Positions 38,896 through 50,002 of a stretch of 54,700 nt of DNA are shown here, piece after piece. How positions within the stretch are numbered: the stretch's first letter is position 1; every line of letters starts with the position of its first letter. The stretch is from Chiloscyllium plagiosum (lineage: Eukaryota), in assembly GCF_004010195.1 (NCBI RefSeq), contig NC_057754.1:12045575-12100274 (forward strand), written 5' to 3'. The translations under genes were made by a program, and so were the position numbers. The notes below the pieces were generated by a model. That model was not told the origin of the DNA. It saw only the letters and a program-made list of their open reading frames with translations, and did not search any database.

Positions 38896-39430
38896 ATTCT
38901 GTACCCGATATTCCCCAAAGTATTCTAACACAGACACTGCCTGAAACATTCTGTACCCATTCTCCGGCACTTTCTATACCCGAAATCCTCCAGAATGTTA
39001 TATAACCCACATTCATTGGAATATTCTATAACCGACATTCTCTTGAACATTTTGTAACCAAAATTCTCCAGAACCTTCTATAACCCACATTCCACAGAAC
39101 ATAGAGTAACCGACATTCTCAAGAACATTCTATACCCGACATTCTCCCAAAAATCCTCGATCCAACATTCCCCACAACATTCTAAACCGGCCTTCTCTGG
39201 AACATTCTGTACCCAACATTCCCTAGAACATCTTATACCTGACATTCTCCACAGCATTTTATACACCTCATTCTCCGAGTTCATTGTATACCGGATATTC
39301 TCCAAGAACATTTTACACACGACTTTCCCTGGAACATTCTGTAACTGATATTCTCCGAAATATCTGATACCCAATATGCCTCAGAACATTCTGGAACTGA
39401 CATCCTCCAGAGTATTCCATAACAGACATT
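38896..39430. repeat. 26-bp minisatellite (about 20 copies), consensus attctatacccgacattctccagaac
   Basis: Units read directly, e.g. attctgtacccaacattccctagaac. Confidence 0.9.
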
Positions 39431-39947
39431 ATTTGTGAACGGCCGGACGTCAGTTAATTAAAGAAACACAAGATCCCGAGAGAAGAGCACCCATTCCAGG
39501 GAGAAGGAGACACCGCTTTCTTACTCCCGTCAGGTAGTTAAAAGGATAAATAAGTTTTCCTTGTGTTTATATTTCTTCACGACAGAGGATCCAATACAAT
39601 CTAGAGTAAAGGATAGAAATTTCCAACTTCCCGTTTGTTTTGAAAGAAGTGGCGATGAATCCTTCAGGACGACAAAGTTTTCACTCTCCACATTACGATT
39701 TCTAAAGAAGTGACCCGTGTCTACTCTTCAGTAATTGCATTTACAGGAATGTTCTAAAAAGCAGTTGTGCTTATGGATGTGTATCTGTGTGTTTGGAGAG
39801 GGAGGATTTCTTGTGTTTTAAATCACATTTTAATAAGTAATTCACATCGTCCCATTTGTTACGTCAATTACATCATCTCTGTCCTCAATAAAACTGATAG
39901 CTCTGCTTCCAGGCGGATGTATAATGTGTTGTTTTCCTTCCTCACAG

Positions 39948-40855
39948 TTAACGTACTAACGATCTACGTCCTGCTTTATAAAGATTGTGGATTGTCTCCA
40001 TGTGTGAGTCGTTACTTGGGAGCCATGGCAGTGGCGGACCTACTGGTCATTATCATCGACGTGATTATGAGACACATTCCATTTGTTTATAAGGAACAGT
40101 TTTATTTCCTGAAGTCCATCCCCGTGTGTAATATCCACGCTGTGCTGCTTTATACAGCCACTGACTGTTCTGTCTGGTTCACCGTCACTTTCACCTTCGA
40201 TCGATTTGTGGCCATTTGTTGCCCGAAGCTGAAAAGCAAATATTGCAGTGTGAAAACGGCGACTGTGATTCTGGTAACAGTGATTGTGTTGAGCTTTTTA
40301 AAGAACATTTTCTGGTATTTTATGCTTTCAGCTCAGTATCGGTTTGGGAATTCCCCCTGGTTTTGTAAGGCAACAGACGATGTTTATAACTCTCGTGTCT
40401 GGGTCACAATCGAGTTCCTCCACCACTTTCTAACCCCGGTTCTTCCATGTCTCTTGATTCTGCTGCTCAATGCTTTCACCATCAGACACATTTTAGTAAC
40501 CAGTAGAGCCCGCAGGAGACTCAGGGCTCACACCAATGTGGACGCTCAGTGTGACAGAGAAATGCAAAATCGAAAAAAATCTATTATTTTACTGTTTGTG
40601 ATCTCGGCCAATTTTATCCTATTATGGACAACATTAATGGTGTTTGTTGTGTGGAAACGGATGTGGTATTTGGGGTATAGGTCTGTATATCTGTCTTGGT
40701 TTGTGCTTCGATTGGGCTTCACGCTGCAGCTCCTCAGCTGCTGCACAAACACAGTGATTTATGCCGTGACACAGACTAAGTTCAGACAGCAGCTGACGGA
40801 CGTGCTGAAATATCCCTTTATCCGAATTCATCAATCAATCAAAATCACTCATTAA
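39948..40855 (+). CDS. GPR139/GPR142-like class A orphan GPCR, main coding exon (end of TM1 to C-terminus)
   Basis: Open frame VNVLTI..CGLS..YLGAMAVADLLV..DCSVWFTVTFTFDRFVAICC..FILLW..LLSCCTNTVIYAVTQTKFR..stop; polypyrimidine acceptor ttttccttcctcacag at 39932-39947 (phase 1). Confidence 0.9.
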
Positions 40856-41279
40856 TCAATCCAACTAAGATTTTCTTACTTCAGTTTAATGGTTCAGTAA
40901 CGATTCAGTCTGTCGCTATAGTAACAGATTGGGGGTCGTACTGATTTGTCCAAACTTATTCCACATGAGATAACGGGGACACATTTCAATGTTTCCGTCA
41001 ACTCAGGGGCCAGTGAGAAAAGGCATCATCCCACTTACTGTTTCTATCACATCAATTTGTAATTTAAAAAGATGTTATTTGAAAGGGGCAATGCAGCAGA
41101 GTCAACTAAATTGTCGTTTGTCTTTGTGGTGAAAAGCTGAGCTGGAGAAAGACAAACACAGCCTCAACTCCTGATCCTCAGAGAAGCAGCCTGAGCTCAG
41201 GAGTTGGTTTAAAGTCACTGTGTACTTGCTTTCACCTCTGGTGTTACACACTCTCACCATTCTACTACACTCGCTCTCC

Positions 41280-41330
41280 ATCTTGCTCTCTCTCTCACTC
41301 TCTCTCTGTCTCTCCCTCTCTCTCTCTCTA
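41280..41330. repeat. (CT)n microsatellite
   Basis: ctctctctcactctctctctgtctctccctctctctctct. Confidence 0.9.
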
Positions 41331-41369
41331 CTTCTAAATCTCACTCTTAATTGCCAAACACTTCGGTTT

Positions 41370-43570
41370 CCTTCCATGGTAAAAGGTTTGCAAGCCGTTA
41401 CTAGGAGAACAGAGTTGGCATGGTTCACATTTCGTTGCGAGGGGATCAGAGTGGGGATGAGTTCATACATCCATCCTAGGGGAACAGAGCTGGAATAAGT
41501 TCACAGGTAGTTGTGAGGTCAATAGAGTTGAGATAACTCACAGGCCATTTCTGGGTGAACAAAGTGGGGAAGCATCGGTACAATGTTGCTGGTGAAATGG
41601 AATTGGAGCAGAGTAACAGGCTGTTGCTGGGAAAACAGAGTGGAAATTTGTTCACAGGCCCTTGCTGGGAGAACATTCAGTTCCAAGGAGAATGGAGTGG
41701 AATGGGCTTCCAGGTTGTTACGGGAGAACATACTGGAGATTGAATCACAGGCTACTTCTTGGAGAAACAATTGGGAATGGGTTCACAAGCAGTTGCTTAG
41801 GGAGCAGAGTGGGGAGGGTTCACTCTCCGTTTCGAGGAGAACAGCTTGGGTTTTGATGTATAGTATGTTGCGAGGGAAACGCCGTGAGGATGGGTTAAAT
41901 GGGCCATTCAGAGCTGAGCGGAGTGGGAATGTGTTCAGAGGCAGTTGCTCAGGGAACAGAATGGGAATGGGTTGATGGGCTGTTTCTTAGGAAACAACTA
42001 GGGGATGGGTTCACAGGCTGTTGCTAGGAGAATAGAATTAAGATAGTTTACTAGACCGTTTATGGGAGAACAGATTTGGGAAAGTTTCACAGACCGTTGC
42101 AACAGAAGAGTGTGGTAATGAATTTGCAGGCTTTTGCGAGCGAAATAGGGTAAGACTGGGGTCACAGGCCATTGCTCGGGCAATAGTGTGGGAATGCATT
42201 CACAGGAAGTTGCTAGGAGAACACATTCGGGTTGGGTTTAGAGGCCAGAGTTAAGAGATCAGAGTTGGAATGGATTCACATGCCATTGCTCAGGGAACAG
42301 TGTGAGGATTGGTTCACAGACAGTTGCTAGAGGAACAAAGTAGGAATGGGTTCACAGGCCGATTCCAAGGAAACAGAGTCGGATTGAGGTCACAGCAAGG
42401 AGAGTGGAATGGGGATGAGTTCACAGGGTGTTCCTATGAGAATGGGAATCAGAGTGAGAATGGATTCTCAGACTGTTGGTAGAGGAACAGAGCCAGGCTG
42501 GAGTCACAGGCAGTTGCTCAGGGACAGAGTTGTTATGGGGTCACAGACCATTGCTATGGTAACAAAATTGAGATAGATCAACGGGTCGTTGCTGGGATAG
42601 AATGTTGGGGATCGGTTCACATCCCATTGTTAGGAGAACAGATTTGGAATTTATTCCTATGCTGTTGCTGGGAAAATATTCTGGGAATGTGTTCACAGTG
42701 CATTGCGAGGAGAACAGATTGGTGATAGGATGACCAGTCGTTGCTCGTAGAATAGTGTGGGGATGCATTCACGTACAGTTGATAAGGGAACAGAATGGGA
42801 ATTGGTTTACAGGCCGTTGCTAGGGAAACAGTGTTGGGATGGGGTCACAGGTTGTTGCTAAGGGAACAGTGTTCACTTTATTTTCCACTGGCCGTTTCTT
42901 GGAGAATATTTTGTGGATGGTTTCACAGCCTGTTGCAAGGAGAACTTAGTGGGAATGGATTTGCAGGCAATTCCTAGGGGAACAGAGTGGGAATGGGGCC
43001 CAGGTCATCCCTAGGCGAACAGAGTGGGGATGGATTCATAGGGCATTGCTAGGGAAGCAGATGGGGATAATGTTACCGGTCATTTCTTGGGGAAAGAGTG
43101 GGGACGGGTTCACTTGTCATTTCGAGGAGAATAGTTGGGAATTGCATTCAGAGGCTTCTGCTCAACAGAGAGGCAATAGAGTCACAGACGTTTCCCTGTC
43201 GGAAAAGAGCCAGGATGGGTTCACAGTCTGTTGCAAGGCGAACAGAGTGGAACTTTTTCAGAGGCTTTTGATGGGAGAACAGACTTGGCATTTGTAAACA
43301 GGCCGTTGGGATCGGTTCATTCTATGTTGTAAGGAGAAAAGAGTAATAATGGTTTCACAGTTTGTTGCTAGGAGAACAGAGAGAGGATGTCTTCACAGGC
43401 CTTTGCGAAGGGAATAGAGAGAGAATGTGGTCACAGGCCGATTCTAGGAAAACACAGTGGGAATGTGTTCAGAGGCCGTTGCTGGGGTAGCAATGTGGTG
43501 ATGGGTTGGTAGGTGATTGCTCGGAGAACAGAGTGTGCATGACTTTGTAGGCCGTTGCGAGGTGAATGAA
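41370..43570. repeat. 38-bp satellite, left block (consensus ggagaacagagtgggaatgggttcacaggccgttgcta)
   Basis: aggccg at 43435 and 43473 (38 apart); roughly 55-60 diverged units. Confidence 0.88.
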
Positions 43571-43838
43571 GTCAGGTGTGGCTTTGTTAGTGAAGTACAG
43601 TATAACGGTGGCCAAAAGATCTTTTGACGAGGATGCGTCTACCGAGGTGGATGGGCTGAAGTCAGAAACACGAGAGGAGAGTTCATACTGTTAGGAGTTT
43701 TGTTACAGTCCTTCACAAAGTTCCAGGGATGTGGGAGTGAGGATTTACAAAAGGATTCTGGGTGGGTGTGAAAGGAACAGGGTGGTCATCATGGAGAATT
43801 TAACTTCCCCAACTTTGATTGGAAATGCTATAATTCTA

Positions 43839-43960
43839 ATTCGGAGATGCCGGTGTTGGACTGGGGTATTACAATCACCTGATGAAGGAGCGTCGCTCCG
43901 AAAGCTAGTGTGCTTCCAATTAAACCGTTGGACTATAACCTGGTGTTGTGTGATTTTTAA
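43839..43960 (+). mobile_element. 122-bp PLE-derived non-coding insert (family B) carrying a hammerhead ribozyme
   Basis: Perfect 11-bp TSD ctataattcta at 43828-43838 and 43961-43971; interrupts the CR1 EN domain. Confidence 0.85.
43876..43910 (+). ncRNA. Minimal type I hammerhead ribozyme (intact core)
   Basis: CAC-CUGAUGA-A-GGAGC(GUC)GCUCC-GAAA-GC-UA-GUG; palindromic AGCU stem III; predicted cleavage after A43907. Confidence 0.8.
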
Positions 43961-46296
43961 CTATAATTCTAGTACGTCAGATGGATCGGTTTTTGTCCAA
44001 TGTGTGTCTAAAGTCCAACAAGAGGATCTGGTCGTTTGTAATGTACCACGCCATGTGTTTGACTTAGTGGTAGGACAGCACCTTGGCGAGAATGATCCCA
44101 ATTCGGTTATGTTTAGTTTAGCGATGTAAAGGGACAGGACATGCCACAGGATAAGAGTTATAAATGCGGAAGGGCAAATATAATGCGATTAGGCAAGACT
44201 TAGGAGGCATAGAATGGGGTTGGAAATGCAGGGGATGGGGAAAATCGAAGTGTAGAGCTAGCTTAAGGAACAGATATTGCGTGCCCTTGATCGTTATGCC
44301 CCTGTCAGGCAGGCAGGAAGTAATAAAGTAAGGGAACCATGGTTTACTAAAGACATTGTACCTCTTCTTAAGTTAAAGAGGGAGGCTTATGTGACGTTGA
44401 GATGAGGTGGTTCAGATTAGGCGACGGAGAGTTACAGAATAGATGGGAAGTATTTAAAGAGAGAGTTAAGAAAAGCAGGGAGGGGACATGAACAGTCTTT
44501 CGCTGCTGGGATAAAAGAGAACCCTGAAGCTTATGTGATGAATAAAAGGATGGCTAGGATATGAATAGAGCCAGTCAAAGATATAAATGGGAGGTCATGT
44601 GTGGACCCTGTGGAGATCGGAGAGGTGTTAAACGAATATTTCTCATCTGCAATCACTCAGGAAAAGGAGAATATTGTAGAGAAGAAGACTGAGATGCGGA
44701 CTATTACACAAGAAAGGATTGAGGTTAGTAAGGAGGAGCTGTTGTCAATTCATCCCTTGGGCTGGATGAGATTTATCCGCGGATTTTCTGGGAAGCTCGG
44801 CAGGAGATGGCGGAACCGTTGACCTTGATCATTTAGTCGTCATTGTCTACAGGTATACTATCAGAGGACTGGAGGATTGCAAATGTTGTGCCGTTGTTCA
44901 AGAAGCACAGCAGAGATAATCCAGGTAATTATAGACCAGCGAGTCTTACGTCTGCTGGAGGAAAAAGTTTGGAAAGAATTGTAAGGAATAGAATTTATAA
45001 TCATCTTGCAAGCAACAATATGATTGGAGATAGTAAACATGGCTTCGTCAAGGGCAGGTCGTGTCCCACAAACATCATTGAGTTTTTTGAGAAGATGACC
45101 AAGTACGTGGATGACGGTAGGGCAGTTGACGTGGTGTATATGGACTTCAGCAAAGCCTTTGGATAAGGTTCCACATGGTTGGCTTTTGTAGAAAATGCAG
45201 AAACATGGGATTGAGGGCGATTTAGCAATTTTAATTATAAACTGGCTTTTTGTAAGAAGCAGCGAGTGGATGTTGATGGAAAATATTCAGACTGGAGTCT
45301 GGTTACTAGTGGTGTGCCACAAGGATCAGTTTTGGGGCCACTGCTGTTTGTCATTTTATAACTGAGTTGGATGCAGGCATAGTTGGAAGGGTTAGTAAGT
45401 TTATTGATGACGCTAAAGTCAGTGGAGTGGTGGACAGTGTGGAAGCATGTTGCAGGTTGCAGGGGAGACTTGGATAAACTGCAGCATTGTGCTCAGAGAT
45501 GGCAAATAGAGTTCAATGCAGATAAATGTGAGGTGATTTGCTTTTGTAAGAATAACAGGTAGGCAGAAAACTGGGTCAATGGAAAAATTCTTGGTAGTGT
45601 GGGTGTACAAAGGGATCTTGGTGTCCATGTGCATAGATCCCTGCAAGTTTACACCCAGGTTGATAATACTGTTTGGAGGTCATTCGGTGTGCTAAGTTTT
45701 ATTCATAGAGGGGATGAGTTCTAGAGCCGTGATGACATGTTGAACTGTACAAAATGCTAATGTGGCTTCACTTGGGATATTGTGTGCAGGTCTGTTCACC
45801 CCATTACAGGAAGGATATGGAAGCATTGGAAAAGATGCAGAGAAGATTTACCAGGATGTTGCCTGGTCTGGAGGGAAGGTCTTATTCGGAAAGGCTGATG
45901 GACTTGGGTCTGTTCTCATTGGAGGGAAAAAGGCTAAGAGGGGATTTAATACAGACATACAGGATGGCCAGAGGATGAGTGTGGACAGTGAGAGTCTCTT
46001 TCCTAGGACGATGATGTCGGCTTGTAAGAGTGGGTCATAGTTGCAAATGGGAGGAGGGGTGACAGGTTTAAGGCAGATGTCAGAGGCAGGTTTTTTACTC
46101 AGAGAGTGTTGAGGGCATGGAATGTCCTGCCTGCCAATGTAGTGAACTCAGCCACACTAGGGGCATTTAAACGGTCCTTGGATTAGCATATGGATAATGA
46201 GGTTATAGTGTAGAGAGATGGGCTTAGATTAGTTCAAAGTCGGCGCAACATCAAGGGTCGAAGCGTCTGTTCTGCACTGTATTGTTCTATATTCTA

Positions 46297-47537
46297 GGAT
46301 GGATTCAGAGAGCGTTGCCAGATAAACAGAGAAGGGATAGGCGCACAGGACATAGATTGTGGAATACTGTTAGGACTGGTACACAGGTCACCGCTAGAAG
46401 AGCAGACTGGAAATGGATTCATAGGCCGTTAGTATGTGAAAAGTGTGGGGATGGTTTCAAAGGCTGTTACATCGAAAACAAATTTGAGAGAGGTTAACAG
46501 GCTGTTTTATCCAGCACAGAGTGGGGATGGGTTCACTGGCCGTTGCAGGGGAAGAGAGCCTGGTTGGTGTCAAAGGCAGTTGCTAGGAGAACAGAAATCT
46601 GATGAGTTCACAGGCTATTGCTAGTGTACTGAAGGTGAAATAGATCGACAGGCTTTGCTAGGGAAACAGGGTGGGGGTGGGTTCACAGACCATTGCTTGC
46701 ACAACAGAATATGAATTTATTCACAGGCCGTTCCTGGGAGATCATTCTGCGGATGAGTCCAGAGTCTGCTGTAAAGAGAACAGCGCAGGCATGGATTCAC
46801 ACTCTGTTGCAAGTAGAACAGAGTGGGAATGGGTTCACTGGCGATTGTTAGGGCAGTAGAGTCTAGATGTGCCCACAGGCCATCCTTCAGAAAACAGACT
46901 AGCGACAAATCACACTCTTTTCCTGTGGGAACCCCGTGGGAATAGGTTCACAGTTTCTTGATAGTAGAACACAGTGAGAAGTTGCTAACAGGACCTTGAT
47001 GGGAGAATTGACTTTACACAGGGGTTCATAGGCCATTGCTTGGAGAACAGAGTGTTGATAACTTCACTGGCCGTTGCAAGGGAAACAGAGTTCGGATGGG
47101 TCAACAGGCCGTTTTTGGGAGAAGAGAGTGGCAATAAGTTGACAAGCAATTGCTCGGAGAACAGATTGGCGACAGGTTCACAGACAGTTGCGAGGAGAAC
47201 AGTGTGGGGATGGGTTCACAGGCTGGTGCTAGGAGCCAGAGCGTGGATGGGGTCACTGGCAGTTGTTAGAGGTATTCGGTGTGGATTAAGTCACAGCCCA
47301 TTGCCAGGCGAATAGAATGAGACTGGGTTCACAGGTCTTTTCTAGGAGAACAAAGTAGTGATGGGTTCACAGGAGAACAGAGTTAAGATGGGTTGACACT
47401 TTGTTGCAAGGAGAGACGAGTGAGGATGGGTACACAGTATGTTCCCAAGGACAACAGAGTGAGGATGGGTTCAAAGGCCATTTTTAGGGGAACATGGCTA
47501 GGAGGGGTTCACAGGCCGTTGCTGGGGGAACAGAGTT
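46297..47537. repeat. 38-bp satellite, right block
   Basis: Same unit resumes directly after the CR1 tail (e.g. ggagaacagtgtggggatgggttcacagg at about 47194). Confidence 0.88.
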
Positions 47538-47544
47538 GATCATC

Positions 47545-49285
47545 CTGTTCTCCCAGGGTCAGTGCTGTAAGAGACTGCTCAGTTTCAGTCTGCTCTGCCC
47601 TGGATCAGTGAGACAAACACTGTGGGGTCAGTCTGTTTGCAGAGATAGCGAGGTCAGTCAGCTCCCCTGGGACCAGTGATGCACACATTGTACGTTCAGT
47701 CATGTCTTCCTGAGGTGAGTGACACAGACACAGTGGGGTCAGTCTGCTCACCTCGGGGTCAGTGATACAGACACATTGGACTCAATCTGCTCTCCATATT
47801 ATTAGTGATACAGACACAGTGGGGGAGATATATTCTGTCCGGGGTGAGTGATAAAAGACACATTGAGGTCTCTTCGTTCTCACCAGGGTTAATAGTACAA
47901 ACAGCGTAGGGTCACTCTCCTCTTTCCAGGGTTCGGTGAGAAGATATAGTTTGGCTCAGTCTACTCTCCACAGGGTCAGTGATGCATACACAGTGTCCTC
48001 AATCAGGTCTCCACACGGTCAATGATACTCACAGTGGAGAAAGTCTCCTCTCCCCATGGTCAGTGATACAGACATAGGGTTGTCAGTCGTTTCTCCATGG
48101 TGACAGTGATACAGACACAGCTTCGTTAAGTCTGCTTTCTGGGCATCAGTGCTACAAACACAGTAGGTCAGCATACGCGTCCAATTGTCATTGAGACGCA
48201 CACAGAAATGTCAGTCTCCTCTCCCCAGTGTCAGTCATACACAAACAGAGGTTTCAGTCTGCTCTCACTGGAGTCAGTAACACATCGACAGTGGGGTGAG
48301 ACTGCTTTTTTTGTCGTCAGTGATACGTACACAGTGGGGTCAGTCTGCTCTCTCTGGGGACAGTGATACGTAACTTGTGGGGTCAGCCTACTATCCCCAT
48401 GGTCAGCGATATAGATACAATGGAGTCTGTGTGTAAACCACTGGGTAAATCATACAGAGCCACTGTTTTCATCCTGCTTTTCCTGGTTCAGTAATGAACT
48501 TACAATGGATCAGACTGCTTTCACCTGGTCAGTGAACAGTTACACAGGTGTCAGTCAGCACTCTATTGTGTCAGTCATGCAGACATAGGGATGTCGATCT
48601 CTTTTCTCATGGTCACTGACACGAATACAGGGCGGTCAGTCTGTTCTGTCAGAGTTAGTGTTATTGCCACAGTGGTGTCTGTTCTTCCCGTTCTCAGTGT
48701 TGCAGACATAGTGGAGTCAGTTTGCTTTCTCAGGGGCCAATGTTAAACACACATTGGCGTCAGTCTGTTCTCCTTATTGTCAGTGATAGACATGCAGTGC
48801 GGGCAGTATCCTCTCGCCGGAGTCAATAATACAGATGCAGCGGGTGTAGTCTGATGTCCCGGTGTCAGTGACAAAGACACAATGAGGTCATTATGCTCAC
48901 GAGACGGTCAGTAATTCACACAAACTGTTGTCAGGTTTGCTGTCCCCAGGGTCAGTAAAACTGATTCAGTAGATCATTGTGCTACACACAGTACCAGTAA
49001 TACACAAAGCGGTATCGGTCTGCTTTATCCCGTGTCAGTACTGCATAAACAGTGGGGTAAGTCTACTTTCCTCGGGTCAGTGATACCTATACAGTGCGGC
49101 GTGTCGGCTCTCCTCAGTGTCAGTGATGTACACAGTGGAGTCAGTGTCATCTCTCCAGGGTCAGTCATGCACACACTGTGGCGTCAGTTAGCTCTCCCTG
49201 GGGTCAGTGCTACAGCCACAGTTGGGTCCGTCTGCTCTCCCAGGCTCATTGATATAGACATGCTAGTGTCAGTCTGCTCTCCCCG
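47545..49285. repeat. 43-bp satellite (about 40 copies), consensus gggtcagtgatacagacacagtggggtcagtctgctctcccca
   Basis: agtg anchors at 47761, 47804, 47847 and 48062, 48105, 48148 (43 apart). Confidence 0.9.
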
Positions 49286-49295
49286 ACGGGCAAAC

Positions 49296-49427
49296 ACTCT
49301 GTTATTGGAGTCATACCTGACAGATAGGAAGATGATCATTGTTGTTGGAGGTCAGTCATCTCAGTTCCAGAACATTTCTGCAGTAGTCCCTCAGGATAAT
49401 GTCCTAGGTGCAACCATCATCCGCTGC
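49296..49427 (+). mobile_element. Non-LTR RT fragment (CR1/L2 group)
   Basis: LESYLTDRKMIIVVGGQSSQFQNISAVVPQDNVLGATI. Confidence 0.7.
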
Positions 49428-50002
49428 GACCAGCTGTCCACTGAAGTGGCTGGTCCATTGGGTCCAGGTCGATGTGCTTATTGATTGTATCTGTGGATGC
49501 CATGCCTCTAGGAATTCCCTGGTTGTTCTCCGTTTGGCTTGTCCTATAATAGTAGTGTTGTCCCAGTCGACCGCATGTTGCTTGTCATCTGAGTGTTTGG
49601 TTACTAATGCTAGCTGGTCATGTCGTTTCGTGGGCAGTTGGTGCTCATGGACACGGACCATTAGCTGACTTTCTGTTTGTCCCATGTAGTGTTTTGTGCA
49701 GTCCTTGCATGTGATTTTGTACACTGCATTGGTTTTGCTCATGCTGGGTATCGGGTCCTTCATCCTGGTGAGTTGTTGTCTTACAGTGGCTGTTATGAGT
49801 CCTAGGACCCAATATACAAGCCACTGCAGCGGACAGCTGGAACTGACAACCGGAAGCGGCAGGTACAAATCACTATAAATGCCGGAGGAAACAAAACAGA
49901 AGCCCTTCACAGGAGGCTCCCAAGCACTGAGGATGTCACCTAGACAGGGGACGAAACGTCTGCAACACAACTAGCCAGCTCCGCGAACAGAACCACAACA
50001 AC
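49428..50002. mobile_element. Penelope-like element (Poseidon-like, family C): inverted GIY-YIG segment plus forward 3' pLTR
   Basis: Minus strand KDPIP..NAVYKITCKDCTKHYMGQT..RVHEH..DWDNTTII..REFLEAWH; 49430-49468 is the inverse of 49805-49840; forward pLTR with hammerhead. Confidence 0.85.
49924..49963 (+). ncRNA. Minimal type I hammerhead ribozyme (intact core)
   Basis: GCA-CUGAGGA-U-GUCACCU(AGAC)AGGGGAC-GAAA-CG-UC-UGC; palindromic ACGU stem III; predicted GUC cleavage after C49960. Confidence 0.8.

Larger units (their letters stand above)
43572..46296 (+). mobile_element. CR1/HER1-like LINE (EN-RT-3' tail) inserted in the 38-bp satellite
   Basis: EDWRIANVVPLFKK..NYRPASLTS..HGFVKGRSC..DVVYMDFSKAF; tail ctgtattgttctatattcta. 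Confidence 0.92.

Noticed and set aside
39767..39947. N-terminal 60 aa of the 362-aa GPCR ORF
   Set aside because: Starts at GTG, is not receptor-like, and ends in a polypyrimidine tract plus AG; most likely intron read-through.
47545..49285. Repeated CACAGTG (RAG RSS heptamer) in the 43-bp satellite
   Set aside because: No ACAAAAACC-like nonamer at 12/23 spacing and no V/J segments; incidental to the repeat unit.
38896..49285. CRISPR-like regular repeats
   Set aside because: Contiguous diverged tandem units without unique spacers, in a eukaryotic context with no cas genes.
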